NCBI GenBank assembly: GCA_023251875.1
Contig: JAHEXY010000004.1
Location: 64,854 to 128,853, forward strand
Reading direction: 5' to 3'
Length of the DNA stretch: 64,000 nucleotides
Source: Bacteroidota bacterium
GTDB taxonomy: Bacteria; Bacteroidota; Bacteroidia; JAHEXY01
Both the position numbers and the translations under genes were made by a program. This document shows positions 40,704 through 49,722 of the stretch, piece after piece. The first letter of the stretch is position 1. Every line of letters starts with the position of its first letter. The notes below the pieces were generated by a model that saw only the letters and a program-made list of their open reading frames with translations, ran no database searches and was not told the origin of the DNA.

Positions 40704-41654
40704 CTATTTTTCCAATCTATCATACCGTTCTTCCATAAGCCTTTTATATTTTTTCTGATATTCTTTTGAGAGAAAAGAATGATCAATTAAAAGTAAGGCT
40801 GCTGCTTTGTTTTTAATAAATCGTTTAAATACGCTTTCAATTTGCTTGTTGTTTAAGCCCAAATTTTTTCCGAAGCGTTCAAAATGTTCTCGGTTTAATT
40901 TTTTCTTTTTCCCTTCTAGAGTTAATGCTAATTCTTCAGCGTCATTGGGGTTGGCAATAGTTACGTTTAATAAATCGTATGCAGGAGATAAATGCCATTT
41001 ATCCCCATTGTTAATCATAGAGAAATTTTTAAGATGCATATCGTTATTTCCGGTAATAAAACTAAAAACGCTTAACTCAAAAAAGTATAGCTTATCTAAG
41101 AGCGTATTGCTTGAATATTCCCCAATAGCTTTACCAATTTTTTCCATAGAACTTTTATACTTATCAAATGCATCTACTATTTGAAACATGTCAAGCATGT
41201 GAATTTTATCTCCTTTTATAGTTCTGTCAATGCGTTTTGTGATGTACGATAATTCTCCTGATTGTAATTGTATTAAGCTTGATTTTACAGTGTGTATTCC
41301 AAATGCTTCAGCAATACGCATAGTTACATGTTCATTTTGTGGCAATTCAGGATAATGTTCAGAGGGTGGTTTAAAAATATAATTTCCGCCTAATGCACCT
41401 ACAACTGTTAGCCTAGCAATACTACTATCTCCCAAAACTTCATTAACTAATGATAAAGATAATTTTGCTTGTACTCCCGGTACGGCAATACTGCGTTCCA
41501 CAACTTGCTTGGCTAATGTTCCTATTTGGTTAAATGAATACGGTAATAGAGGAGCCTTTTTTGTGCCAAAGAATGCGAAACTACATTCTTCATGGAAATT
41601 GCTTTTGCTTGATTTTCCTATGGTCTTATAGCAGTATAAACACTTCTTATTCAT
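40704..41654 (-). CDS. HipA-family serine/threonine kinase toxin, core kinase part (HipT-like)
   Basis: P-loop-like GVQAKLSLSL and catalytic NDMHLKNFSM (D-x-H-x-K-N), both typical of HipA/CtkA kinases. Lacks the HipA N-subdomain, which is encoded separately upstream. Confidence 0.7.
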   Translation of the reverse strand: MNKKCLYCYKTIGKSSKSNFHEECSFAFFGTKKAPLLPYSFNQIGTLAKQVVERSIAVPGVQAKLSLSLVNEVLGDSSIARLTVVGALGGNYIFKPPSEHYPELPQNEHVTMRIAEAFGIHTVKSSLIQLQSGELSYITKRIDRTIKGDKIHMLDMFQIVDAFDKYKSSMEKIGKAIGEYSSNTLLDKLYFFELSVFSFITGNNDMHLKNFSMINNGDKWHLSPAYDLLNVTIANPNDAEELALTLEGKKKKLNREHFERFGKNLGLNNKQIESVFKRFIKNKAAALLLIDHSFLSKEYQKKYKRLMEERYDRLEK

Positions 41655-41979
41655 CTTCTCCTACTATTGGTTTAACACTTACAGCTCCAATACAATTTAC
41701 ACAGCAAGCAAGGAGTAATCCCATTCGGTCACTCCTGTTTATTTTCCAATTCTTTGATGCAATATCTAATAACCAGCCTTCTGGTATAAGGCCTTCAAAA
41801 AATGAAAACAATCGTTTCTCAATATATTTCACATCATTTACCGGCATAGTAAAAGTGATAAACTGCTTAGGATATTTTGTTATATAAGCTTTATCATATT
41901 GAAAAATATATTCTCCATCATTGGTTTCGGTAAGAATGCCTGCCAAAATATCTTTGTAATATATTTCAGCTCGCCTCAT
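41647..41979 (-). CDS. HipA N-terminal subdomain protein (HipS-like)
   Basis: 110 aa aligning to the N-terminal ~100 residues of HipA (FFEGLIPEGW ~ FFDNLLPDSP; CIGAVSV ~ SVGAVTL). Overlaps the kinase gene by 8 bp. Confidence 0.65.
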   Translation of the reverse strand: MRRAEIYYKDILAGILTETNDGEYIFQYDKAYITKYPKQFITFTMPVNDVKYIEKRLFSFFEGLIPEGWLLDIASKNWKINRSDRMGLLLACCVNCIGAVSVKPIVGEDE

Positions 41980-42200
41980 TTATTAGTATTTTTTTGTACT
42001 AATTCTTTCGAATTAACAGGAAGTAATTCATGCCCAAACATTCTTAATACTTGATTCACTTTTTCCAAATTTAAATTACCCTTAGCTTGTTCAATTTTTC
42101 GTATTACAGTAAGTGCAACACCAGCCCTTTCAGCAAATTCTGCCTGAGTTAGATGAGCTTCTTTTCTTTTTTCTTTTACAAATGCGGCTAATGATTTCAT
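41976..42200 (-). CDS. XRE-family HTH transcriptional regulator (HipB-like antitoxin)
   Basis: 74 aa. The HTH region AHLTQAEFAERAGVALTVIRKIEQ is XRE-like. Overlaps the HipS-like gene by 4 bp. Confidence 0.65.
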   Translation of the reverse strand: MKSLAAFVKEKRKEAHLTQAEFAERAGVALTVIRKIEQAKGNLNLEKVNQVLRMFGHELLPVNSKELVQKNTNK

Positions 42201-42275
42201 TATATGCTTTTACATCTAATTATAAGGAAATATATAAATATTATATTTATTTACATATAAAATAAATAAATATTT

Positions 42276-42303
42276 AAATTTATATGCAAATACATATAAA
42301 TTT
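42276..42303. promoter_or_regulatory. 11-bp perfect inverted repeat (aaatttatatg N6 catataaattt) upstream of the hipB-like gene, a candidate operator
   Basis: Read directly. It lies 76-100 bp upstream of the hipB-like start in an AT-rich promoter region. A second acatataaa copy lies at 42253-42261. Confidence 0.35.
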
Positions 42304-42445
42304 AATCCGTCTGTTCATATTTACTAACGCCTCTTTCTACTCCCTTTCACTACTTTTAAACAATAGAGTTTATTTGTTCTCATTAAGATCCTGTTTATAT
42401 TTTTATTTTAATAATCATTTTTGCAAATAAAATTTAAACAGGCTT

Positions 42446-42484
42446 AATAAAAAAGCACCTTTCAATTAAGAAAGATGCTTTTTA
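42446..42484 (-). terminator. rho-independent terminator downstream of the DEAD-box helicase gene
   Basis: 13-bp stem aaaagcacctttc/gaaagatgctttt with one mismatch. A U-run follows on the minus strand. Confidence 0.5.
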
Positions 42485-42521
42485 ACAAAAAAATTAATTT
42501 TTATAAATACTTTATCTAATC

Positions 42522-44378
42522 CTATCTATCCGATTTATTAAATCTAGGGCGTTTTGATCTGAATGGTTTGTCTCCACCACCGTAGCTATTTCCACCGCCA
42601 CCATTGCTGCTGTTGCCTCCATAACTATTACCACCACCGCCTCTACGATCATCTCTTCTGGGGCCTCTATTGAATCCTCCGCCTCTTCTATCACCACCAC
42701 CTCTATTATATCCGCCACCACCGCCAGATGATTCACGTTTTCTTTCAGCTAAATCAACTCTTAATTTTCTGCCATTGTGTTTTGCTCCATTAACCATATC
42801 AATAATTAATGTTGCATCTGCTGGGGTTGCTACATCAAAATGAGAAAAAGTATCATTCATTTGTACGTGACCAATTACAGATGATTTAATATTAGCCAAA
42901 CCAGAAATAAATTCAATAAATGAAGCTTTATCTACATCATCTTTAATACCTAAATTGATAAATAATCTATTACCATCGGCACGTTCAGTTCTTTCGCCTC
43001 TTTCTCCCCTATCGCCTCTATTATTTCTATCAGAAGAAGAATCATCTCTTTGAGTAGAATTTAAATCTGGAGCATTTTTATAATATTCTAAGAAGCGGTT
43101 AAACTCCATTGAAGTAAATTTCTTGATCAATTCTTCTCTGCTTAAATCTTTCAATGATTCATTTACGTGTGGTAAATATTTTCCAATTTCTTTTTCGTTT
43201 ACTTCTACATCATGAACCTTTGCAATTAAAGCATACAATTGTTTTTCGCAAACTTCAGCTCCTGATGGAATTGTTTTTTTTACAAACTTGGTATTGATTA
43301 ATCTTTCAAGATGTTTAATTTTTGAAAAATCTCTGTTTCCAATTAATGAAATAGAAACACCGGTTTTTCCTGCACGTGCAGTACGTCCACTACGGTGTGT
43401 ATAATTTTCAATTTCATCAGGAAGGTGGTAATTGATAACGTGAGTTACATTGTCAACATCTATTCCTCTCGCAGCTACATCCGTTGCAACAAGCATTTGT
43501 AATGTTTTACTTTTAAAACGTGCCATTACTTTATCACGTTGCTGCTGACTTAAATCTCCATGTAATGAATCGGCATTGTAACCATCTTTCATTAATTTTT
43601 CAGCAATTTCTTGTGTTTCTACTTTTGTACGACAAAAAATTAATCCAAAAATTTCAGGAGAAAAATCTACAATACGTTTCAAGGCAGAATATTTTTCTCT
43701 ATCACGAATCATATAAAATTCATGAGAGATATTTTCATTAGCAGAATTCTTTTTGCCTATAGTAAGTTCAAAAGGATCATTCATGTATTTACTTGCAATA
43801 GCTCTTACTTGCGAAGGCATTGTAGCAGAAAACAACCAGGTGCGTTTTTCTTCAGGAGTATTTCCTAAAATGCTATTGATATCTTCTTGAAAGCCCATAT
43901 TAAGCATTTCATCAGCTTCATCAAGTACAACATGAGTAATTTTACTCAAATCAATGGCGCGTCTATCAATTAAATCTAATAAACGACCGGGAGTTGCAGC
44001 AACAATGTGCACACCTCTTTTTAAAGCAGAAATTTGAGTAACAATATTTGCCCCACCATATACTGCTAATACTTTAGCTTGTTGTGCATAAAAGCTATAT
44101 TCTTTTAAGTCTTGAGAAATTTGCACACACAATTCTCTTGTAGGAGAAAGTATAAGTGCTTGCGGATAATTTTTTGTGTAATCGATTAATTCTAGTAAGG
44201 GAAGACCAAAAGCTGCTGTTTTTCCGGTTCCGGTTTGTGCTAATCCAACAAAGTCTCTTTTGTTTTCAATTAAAACAGGGATGGCCTGCTCTTGAATGGC
44301 TGTAGGTGTAGTAAAGCCAAGTTTTTCAATTCCTTTAATTAGATCGGGAGTAATACCCAATTGTTCAAATGCATTCAT
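42522..44378 (-). CDS. DEAD-box ATP-dependent RNA helicase (CshA/DeaD-like) with a DbpA-type RNA-binding domain and a Gly/Arg-rich tail
   Basis: Q-motif, AQTGTGKT, PTRELC, DEAD, SAT and HRSGRTARAG motifs. The C-terminal low-complexity tail is RGG/GGNSYGG-rich. A long 5' leader (44379-44549) is typical of cold-shock helicases. Confidence 0.9.
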   Translation of the reverse strand: MNAFEQLGITPDLIKGIEKLGFTTPTAIQEQAIPVLIENKRDFVGLAQTGTGKTAAFGLPLLELIDYTKNYPQALILSPTRELCVQISQDLKEYSFYAQQAKVLAVYGGANIVTQISALKRGVHIVAATPGRLLDLIDRRAIDLSKITHVVLDEADEMLNMGFQEDINSILGNTPEEKRTWLFSATMPSQVRAIASKYMNDPFELTIGKKNSANENISHEFYMIRDREKYSALKRIVDFSPEIFGLIFCRTKVETQEIAEKLMKDGYNADSLHGDLSQQQRDKVMARFKSKTLQMLVATDVAARGIDVDNVTHVINYHLPDEIENYTHRSGRTARAGKTGVSISLIGNRDFSKIKHLERLINTKFVKKTIPSGAEVCEKQLYALIAKVHDVEVNEKEIGKYLPHVNESLKDLSREELIKKFTSMEFNRFLEYYKNAPDLNSTQRDDSSSDRNNRGDRGERGERTERADGNRLFINLGIKDDVDKASFIEFISGLANIKSSVIGHVQMNDTFSHFDVATPADATLIIDMVNGAKHNGRKLRVDLAERKRESSGGGGGYNRGGGDRRGGGFNRGPRRDDRRGGGGNSYGGNSSNGGGGNSYGGGDKPFRSKRPRFNKSDR

Positions 44379-44549
44379 GATTAAAATTGTTAGTTTAAGT
44401 CCTCCACATTTAGATCATCTAAACGGGCAAGTTGTTAGCGAGTAATTCTTTTATTTAAAAAAGAAAAAATTCGTAGCTCAACATGAACCTAAGGCCAACA
44501 ACTCTTTTCGAGCGCAAAGGTAAGACTTTTTATCTGTATAAGAAAGCAT

Positions 44550-45050
44550 TTGTATCTTAGCGCTTCTTACATTTGTATCCTAAAATCAATTAAAATGGAG
44601 TGGAAAAAAGATAATTATACGGTAAGTACAGACAAAAACAATCTGAATGTGAGTGTTATACACAATTACTTAAAAAACTCATATTGGAGCCCCGGAATAC
44701 CTAAAAGTACAGTAAAAAAATCTATTGATAACAGTTTGACCTTTGGCTTATTTGATGGCGAAAAGCAAATTGGCTTTGCTAAAATGATTACTGATTATGC
44801 AACATTTGCTTATTTGGCAGATGTTTTTGTTATAGATGAATACAAAGGCCAAGGATTAGGGAAATGGATGATGACATGTGTAATGAGTCATCCTGATTTA
44901 CAAGGATTGCGAAGAATTATGCTAGCAACAAGAGATGCGCAAAAGTTATATGAGAAATTTGGATTTACGCCATTACATAATCCCGATAGATTTATGCAGT
45001 TGTGGAAGCCAAATGTATATGCTATGCCGCCTCAAGCACCGTTTTCTTAA
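44550..45050 (+). CDS. GNAT family N-acetyltransferase
   Basis: GNAT motif A region YKGQGLGKWMM. The likely start is the internal MEWKKDNY (~44595). A TAcaTTTG box lies at ~44567. Confidence 0.6.
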   Translation: MYLSASYICILKSIKMEWKKDNYTVSTDKNNLNVSVIHNYLKNSYWSPGIPKSTVKKSIDNSLTFGLFDGEKQIGFAKMITDYATFAYLADVFVIDEYKGQGLGKWMMTCVMSHPDLQGLRRIMLATRDAQKLYEKFGFTPLHNPDRFMQLWKPNVYAMPPQAPFS

Positions 45051-46299
45051 ATGGAATGCGCTGTTCCCATTGTGGTAGTTCTACCCCTTCAACAAAATTT
45101 TTAACTAAACGGCTGGTAAGTAAGCCTCCATAATTAATGAAACAGTTTGCTTCTACCGGAACTGCTCCAACCGTACTTTTTATTTCACTAGCAGTACGGC
45201 CATAACTCAATATTTTAACTCTCCTTTCAATAGCGAGTTGAATGTAATCATATAGCATTCGAGGATAAATTGCATATTGATGATTCAAATCATAATCAAT
45301 ACCCACATAATTAGCATCTAATGTATCGTTATTATGAAATGCACTCAAAAAGCCAACCAATTTATTCTCTAAAAAATAAGCTTGAACAACAAACTGTTTT
45401 TTATACAACTTTTTTAATTGTATAAATGATTGCAGATTTAATGCAGCAAAACGAAACTCAGCTTTTTGTTCAACAGTTTCGTATAAGGCACTTAATTCTT
45501 TAATGTATTTGCGAATATCAGATTCGTTGAGATCAACACATTTTAAAGATTCAGATTTTTTATAAGCACTTTTCGCTTTTGTTCTATACTTAGTAGTAAG
45601 ATCATTTAAATAATCTTCGAATGAAAACCAATTTTCACGAATATACAATTGCATAATGGGTTCCATTGCTAATTGCTGAAATGGTTTAACAATATATTTT
45701 TCATCATAAAATAAAGGCGGTAAATCTTTAATAAGTGTAAGTACATTACTATCTTCCCACTCATCCGTTTTTATGGCCTGAGGTATGGCTTTAAGCAATT
45801 GCTGAAATACTTCTTGCCTGTTTTCTCCTTGTTTAATACAGTAACCATTACCACCACTAATAAACATATTGCCACAGGCAGCAGATTTAAATAAAGAAGG
45901 TTTTTTTTCTACACAACCACCCATGCTAAACATACCCATAAAATGGCATTTGGTGGGCGTAAATATTTTTAAATTTCCAAGATTGAAATTTAATAATTGC
46001 ATGTAAGCAATAGCAACGGCTTGTTTTTCTTTATAAAGAATCAGATACTTAAATCGCATTTGTGTATTATGAGTATCTTCAATTGCTTTTAAATAATCTC
46101 GCTGAAAATACAAATCATTTCCTTTTGCAATTTCATCCCAATTTTTTTCAGGAACAAGGGCTATAGAGTCAAATACGGAGGATGCAAATAAATTGTTATG
46201 CCCAGCATTACCTTTGAGTGATAATTTTATTTTCTTCTTATGGCTCGAAAATAAATTTGAAAGCTTCTCATGCATTTTAATCTCATTTAGATTTACCAA
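45022..46299 (-). CDS. hypothetical acyltransferase-fold protein (FemAB/DUF482-like, GNAT-related)
   Basis: 425 aa. The assignment rests only on size and weak GNAT-like C-terminal features. Overlaps the upstream dipeptidase gene by 17 bp, so the two are likely an operon. Confidence 0.25.
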   Translation of the reverse strand: MVNLNEIKMHEKLSNLFSSHKKKIKLSLKGNAGHNNLFASSVFDSIALVPEKNWDEIAKGNDLYFQRDYLKAIEDTHNTQMRFKYLILYKEKQAVAIAYMQLLNFNLGNLKIFTPTKCHFMGMFSMGGCVEKKPSLFKSAACGNMFISGGNGYCIKQGENRQEVFQQLLKAIPQAIKTDEWEDSNVLTLIKDLPPLFYDEKYIVKPFQQLAMEPIMQLYIRENWFSFEDYLNDLTTKYRTKAKSAYKKSESLKCVDLNESDIRKYIKELSALYETVEQKAEFRFAALNLQSFIQLKKLYKKQFVVQAYFLENKLVGFLSAFHNNDTLDANYVGIDYDLNHQYAIYPRMLYDYIQLAIERRVKILSYGRTASEIKSTVGAVPVEANCFINYGGLLTSRLVKNFVEGVELPQWEQRIPFKKTVLEAA

Positions 46300-47524
46300 A
46301 AATAATATACTTATTCCATATTTCTAGTAATCTTTCTCCTGATCTATTAAAATAGTTCATTTCTACATTTGTTTCTGCTACACTTTTAAAAAATTCATTT
46401 AAACTTTTAGGCGATGTTATTCCATTGGTGGCATAGGTAGGATATTGGCCATGATAAGATGAATCCGGAAAACAACCGCATTCTCCATATTTGGGTTTCA
46501 AATGATTTACCATACCATTAAAGTCTCCTGCCCAACCAATCGCAATAGCATCATCACTTATCCCATTCTTTTTCAACATGGCTGTTAAATATTGGTAGTT
46601 TAAGATAAATGCATCTATGGTACCCGGACAATAGTTTTCCGGTAATTGATATCCTTTATAGGGCTCAAGAGCTTGCGAATTTAAAACAATACCATAAATA
46701 CCTCCACGCTTATATATTTTTAAAATTGAAGAATCGGGCAATTCTGCATCCGTATGTTTTAATGATAACATATGCCCATGAGTAACTACTGGCGGAACAT
46801 TTAATTGATCTAAAATTCCCAAAGCTTCATGAGCCGATTTCTGACTCATGTGAGAAAGGTCGACCATTATACCGGCTTGCGCAATCCATTTGATTACCTC
46901 TTTACCTTTTTTTGTGAGTCCTCTTTTATTAGGAAAAAACATGCGTTTAATCACTCCCCTTGCATTTACCAAAAAACCATTAAAACCCGGCATAATGTTA
47001 GATCCACCAAATTCTTTATCACCCAAGTGAATGGGTGTTATAAGTGCAACACCTTTGTCTGCCCAAAATTGGGCATCTTCAGGTTTTTTAATCAATTTAT
47101 GAGCTCCCTCAATGGATTGTACTAATGCGATTTTATTATTCTTAATAGCTTCTCGAACCTCATCCGGATTTTTACAAAGAGCATAATATTCACTATATTT
47201 TTTTTGAAATCTTTCAATATAATTAAGCTGTTTAATAATAGATTTTTTTCCACGCCATAAGTTTGCATATGCAGCTGTATAAATTACATTTACTCCTGAA
47301 GCTCTTAAAAAAGGTTCGTAATTGGTTTGCTTGCGTGCATGCTTGTATGTTAAATCATGAGGAATTTCAGTGGTATCAACATCAGGTGCAGGATTGTAAA
47401 ATATCTTCCAAGCCAGATGCGCTTCCATATGCGTTTGCATATCACTTAATATTGGAATTTGGGCATTTGCTTTAACACAAAATAAAACGAATAAAAAAGC
47501 TAAACAATTTGGAGAGTATGCCAC
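46283..47524 (-). CDS. membrane dipeptidase (peptidase family M19, renal-dipeptidase-like), secreted
   Basis: Signal peptide. Metal-binding blocks include MVDLSHMS, VVTHGHM and GWAGDFNGM (equivalent to the GxDFDG motif). Confidence 0.65.
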   Translation of the reverse strand: MAYSPNCLAFLFVLFCVKANAQIPILSDMQTHMEAHLAWKIFYNPAPDVDTTEIPHDLTYKHARKQTNYEPFLRASGVNVIYTAAYANLWRGKKSIIKQLNYIERFQKKYSEYYALCKNPDEVREAIKNNKIALVQSIEGAHKLIKKPEDAQFWADKGVALITPIHLGDKEFGGSNIMPGFNGFLVNARGVIKRMFFPNKRGLTKKGKEVIKWIAQAGIMVDLSHMSQKSAHEALGILDQLNVPPVVTHGHMLSLKHTDAELPDSSILKIYKRGGIYGIVLNSQALEPYKGYQLPENYCPGTIDAFILNYQYLTAMLKKNGISDDAIAIGWAGDFNGMVNHLKPKYGECGCFPDSSYHGQYPTYATNGITSPKSLNEFFKSVAETNVEMNYFNRSGERLLEIWNKYIIFGKSK

Positions 47525-48333
47525 TATTTATTTACAATTTTAAATTTTTGTCCATTCCATTTGAGTCGTACAAAATTTGTTTTTTTCTTAAGGTCATCAA
47601 ATAATTTATTAGCAATATCATCACTATTAAAACTAACATAAATTGTTTTATCACTTAAGTCTAATAAATAATCAAATATTTTCACCTCTCTAGCATAAAT
47701 AGGATTATAATAATGTTGCATTAAATCTTTTTTCAACTTTTCATCGCCTTCATTGGCATTGTATACCGAATAAAATTTTTTATTGTAATCTTCTTTTTGC
47801 TTATCAGATTCTGTAAAAACTTCTTTGTCAATATTTTTATCAAAAAAAAGTTCCGTAGTAATTGCCGGAAATAGAATATTGGGAATAATTTTCTTAGCTA
47901 TAGTATCATTTTCAGTATCATACTCCCATAAATCTACATAATCATAATTACTAAAATGAGTATAAACACAAACAATTTTTTTATTTGTTTTTGCTACATC
48001 AAAAGATGTAATCACTAGTATTGAATTTAGATCATCTCCTTTTGTTTTTGAGGAAACAATATTTTCTATTTCAATAAAATCACCATTATAGGATTTTATT
48101 TTATATGCATTTTCAGCTGAATCTGCTTCGCCATCTTTAAACAGCAATTCCTTCATTTTAGCAGTAATTCCAATAGCAGTACTAGCAAATGCATTAGTTG
48201 GTAATACCTTTATAAATTGTAATGCTCCCTTTTCTGATAAATTTGGTGCATTTGATTTTAGGCTTTCTTGTGAGAAAGTAAAAGTTGATAAAAAAATTTG
48301 TACCGTAGTTATAAGTAATGGTAAATGTTTCAT
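47524..48333 (-). CDS. secreted hypothetical protein
   Basis: Signal peptide MKHLPLLITTVQIFLSTFTFSQ. No recognisable motifs. Confidence 0.3.
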   Translation of the reverse strand: MKHLPLLITTVQIFLSTFTFSQESLKSNAPNLSEKGALQFIKVLPTNAFASTAIGITAKMKELLFKDGEADSAENAYKIKSYNGDFIEIENIVSSKTKGDDLNSILVITSFDVAKTNKKIVCVYTHFSNYDYVDLWEYDTENDTIAKKIIPNILFPAITTELFFDKNIDKEVFTESDKQKEDYNKKFYSVYNANEGDEKLKKDLMQHYYNPIYAREVKIFDYLLDLSDKTIYVSFNSDDIANKLFDDLKKKTNFVRLKWNGQKFKIVNK

Positions 48334-48339
48334 TACTCA

Positions 48340-48954
48340 TTAATGTATCACAAATTTTTGTGATAAGCAATTCAGTAATTTTTGTTTCGACATTGGCCAT
48401 TCTTCATCAACAATACTAAAATAAGCACTGCTTCTATAAGTGCCATTTTCTCGCAATCTATCTTTGCGTAAAATGCCCTCAAATTTTGCACCTATTTTCT
48501 CAATAGCTTTTTGAGAGCGAATATTTTCTGAACATGTTTTTAACTGCACTCTTGCTGTTCTTAAGGCTTCGAAACAATGAGTAAGTAAAAGTAATTTACA
48601 TTCTGTATTATAATTTGTTCCCCAATAAGAGGGAATGTACCATGTAAAGCCAATTTCAAGGCTTTTATTATAGCTGTCAATTAAAAAATATCGGGTACAA
48701 CCAATAATTCTATTTGTGAGTTTATCAATAATTACGAATGGGTAGCGACTACCATCATTTCTGCATTCAAGAGCTTCTGCTAGCATTTTTCTATGCTTTT
48801 CAGCATTTGAATAATTTACAGGATAATGTTTCCAAATTTTTTCATCTGCTGCAATTGAAATAATTTCATCAAAATGAATTTCTTCTAAAGGAAGCAATTT
48901 TACTTTTTCTCCTTCTAAAATAATAGGATGCTGAAGCCAAGAATTATTTTTCAT
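48340..48954 (-). CDS. GNAT N-acetyltransferase (RimL/RimJ-like)
   Basis: Acetyltransf_3-like. Overlaps the upstream GNAT gene by 4 bp (ATGA). Confidence 0.55.
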   Translation of the reverse strand: MKNNSWLQHPIILEGEKVKLLPLEEIHFDEIISIAADEKIWKHYPVNYSNAEKHRKMLAEALECRNDGSRYPFVIIDKLTNRIIGCTRYFLIDSYNKSLEIGFTWYIPSYWGTNYNTECKLLLLTHCFEALRTARVQLKTCSENIRSQKAIEKIGAKFEGILRKDRLRENGTYRSSAYFSIVDEEWPMSKQKLLNCLSQKFVIH

Positions 48955-49502
48955 AGTGTTGGAATTATTATTTTATACCAAGTAGCAAGTTCTCCTTCTT
49001 TTCTCCAACTTGGTTTGCCATCATACTCAAATGTTTCAATATATTTCATTCCAATTTTTTCCAACACTTTTCGAGAAGCTAGATTTTGAGGATCCGTCAT
49101 CGCAAAAATTTCTTTTAGTTTTAATTTTTCAATCCCATATTCGAGAGATGCTTGTGCAGATTCTGTTGCAAAACCTTTTCCCCAATATTTTTTACTGAAC
49201 CTGTAACCTAAATCATAAAAATTAGTATGCTTATTAACCGTTTCTGTAAGAATTTTAAGTCCCGACCATCCAATAAAATTATTGCTTGCTTTTTCAACAA
49301 CAGCCCATCGCCCAATTCCGTTTGATATATATTGTTCCCGAACATATTCAATCGTCTTCCTACATTCTTCTATACTTTTAGCCGGATTTTGTCCAACATA
49401 TTTGTGAACTTCAGGGTCTGAATCAAGTTCAAACATTCCTTGATCATCAGAAGAAAGAATTTCTCTTAGAATTAATCGGTCTGTTTCAACAAAAATTTTC
49501 AT
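48951..49502 (-). CDS. GNAT N-acetyltransferase (RimJ-like)
   Basis: Motif A region YWGKGFATES. 183 aa. Confidence 0.6.
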   Translation of the reverse strand: MKIFVETDRLILREILSSDDQGMFELDSDPEVHKYVGQNPAKSIEECRKTIEYVREQYISNGIGRWAVVEKASNNFIGWSGLKILTETVNKHTNFYDLGYRFSKKYWGKGFATESAQASLEYGIEKLKLKEIFAMTDPQNLASRKVLEKIGMKYIETFEYDGKPSWRKEGELATWYKIIIPTL

Positions 49503-49548
49503 TTTAAAAAATTACTATTTTCTAATTATGTCACAAATTTTCATTTTT

Positions 49549-49703
49549 CTTGTTAAACCTCTCCGAGGTTTTGATATACTCGAATTTACTTGTCTACAAC
49601 AATGCATGCCCTACGGGCAACCAATTAAAAATACACCATAGGTGTTATAGTATTGTAGATACTAAAATACGGTTATGAATTACATACCGCATAGCGGTTA
49701 AAC
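49549..49703 (+). repeat. modular hairpin repeat element, copy C
   Basis: cttgttaaacctcTCCgaggtttt ... ctacaacaatgcatgcccTACgggcaacc ... cataggtgttatagtattgtagat ... ataccgcATAgcggttaaac. About 85% identical to copy B. Confidence 0.7.
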
Positions 49704-49722
49704 AACTTTGACAAAGTTTAGA

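Noticed and set aside
42512-42736. 74-aa minus-strand ORF rich in V/E/A
   Set aside because: It is an alternative frame of the Gly/Arg-rich low-complexity tail of the DEAD-box helicase gene.
44379-44549. Long leader upstream of the DEAD-box helicase, considered as a possible separate ncRNA
   Set aside because: Long structured 5' UTRs are normal for cold-shock DEAD-box helicase genes. There is no independent terminator or promoter.
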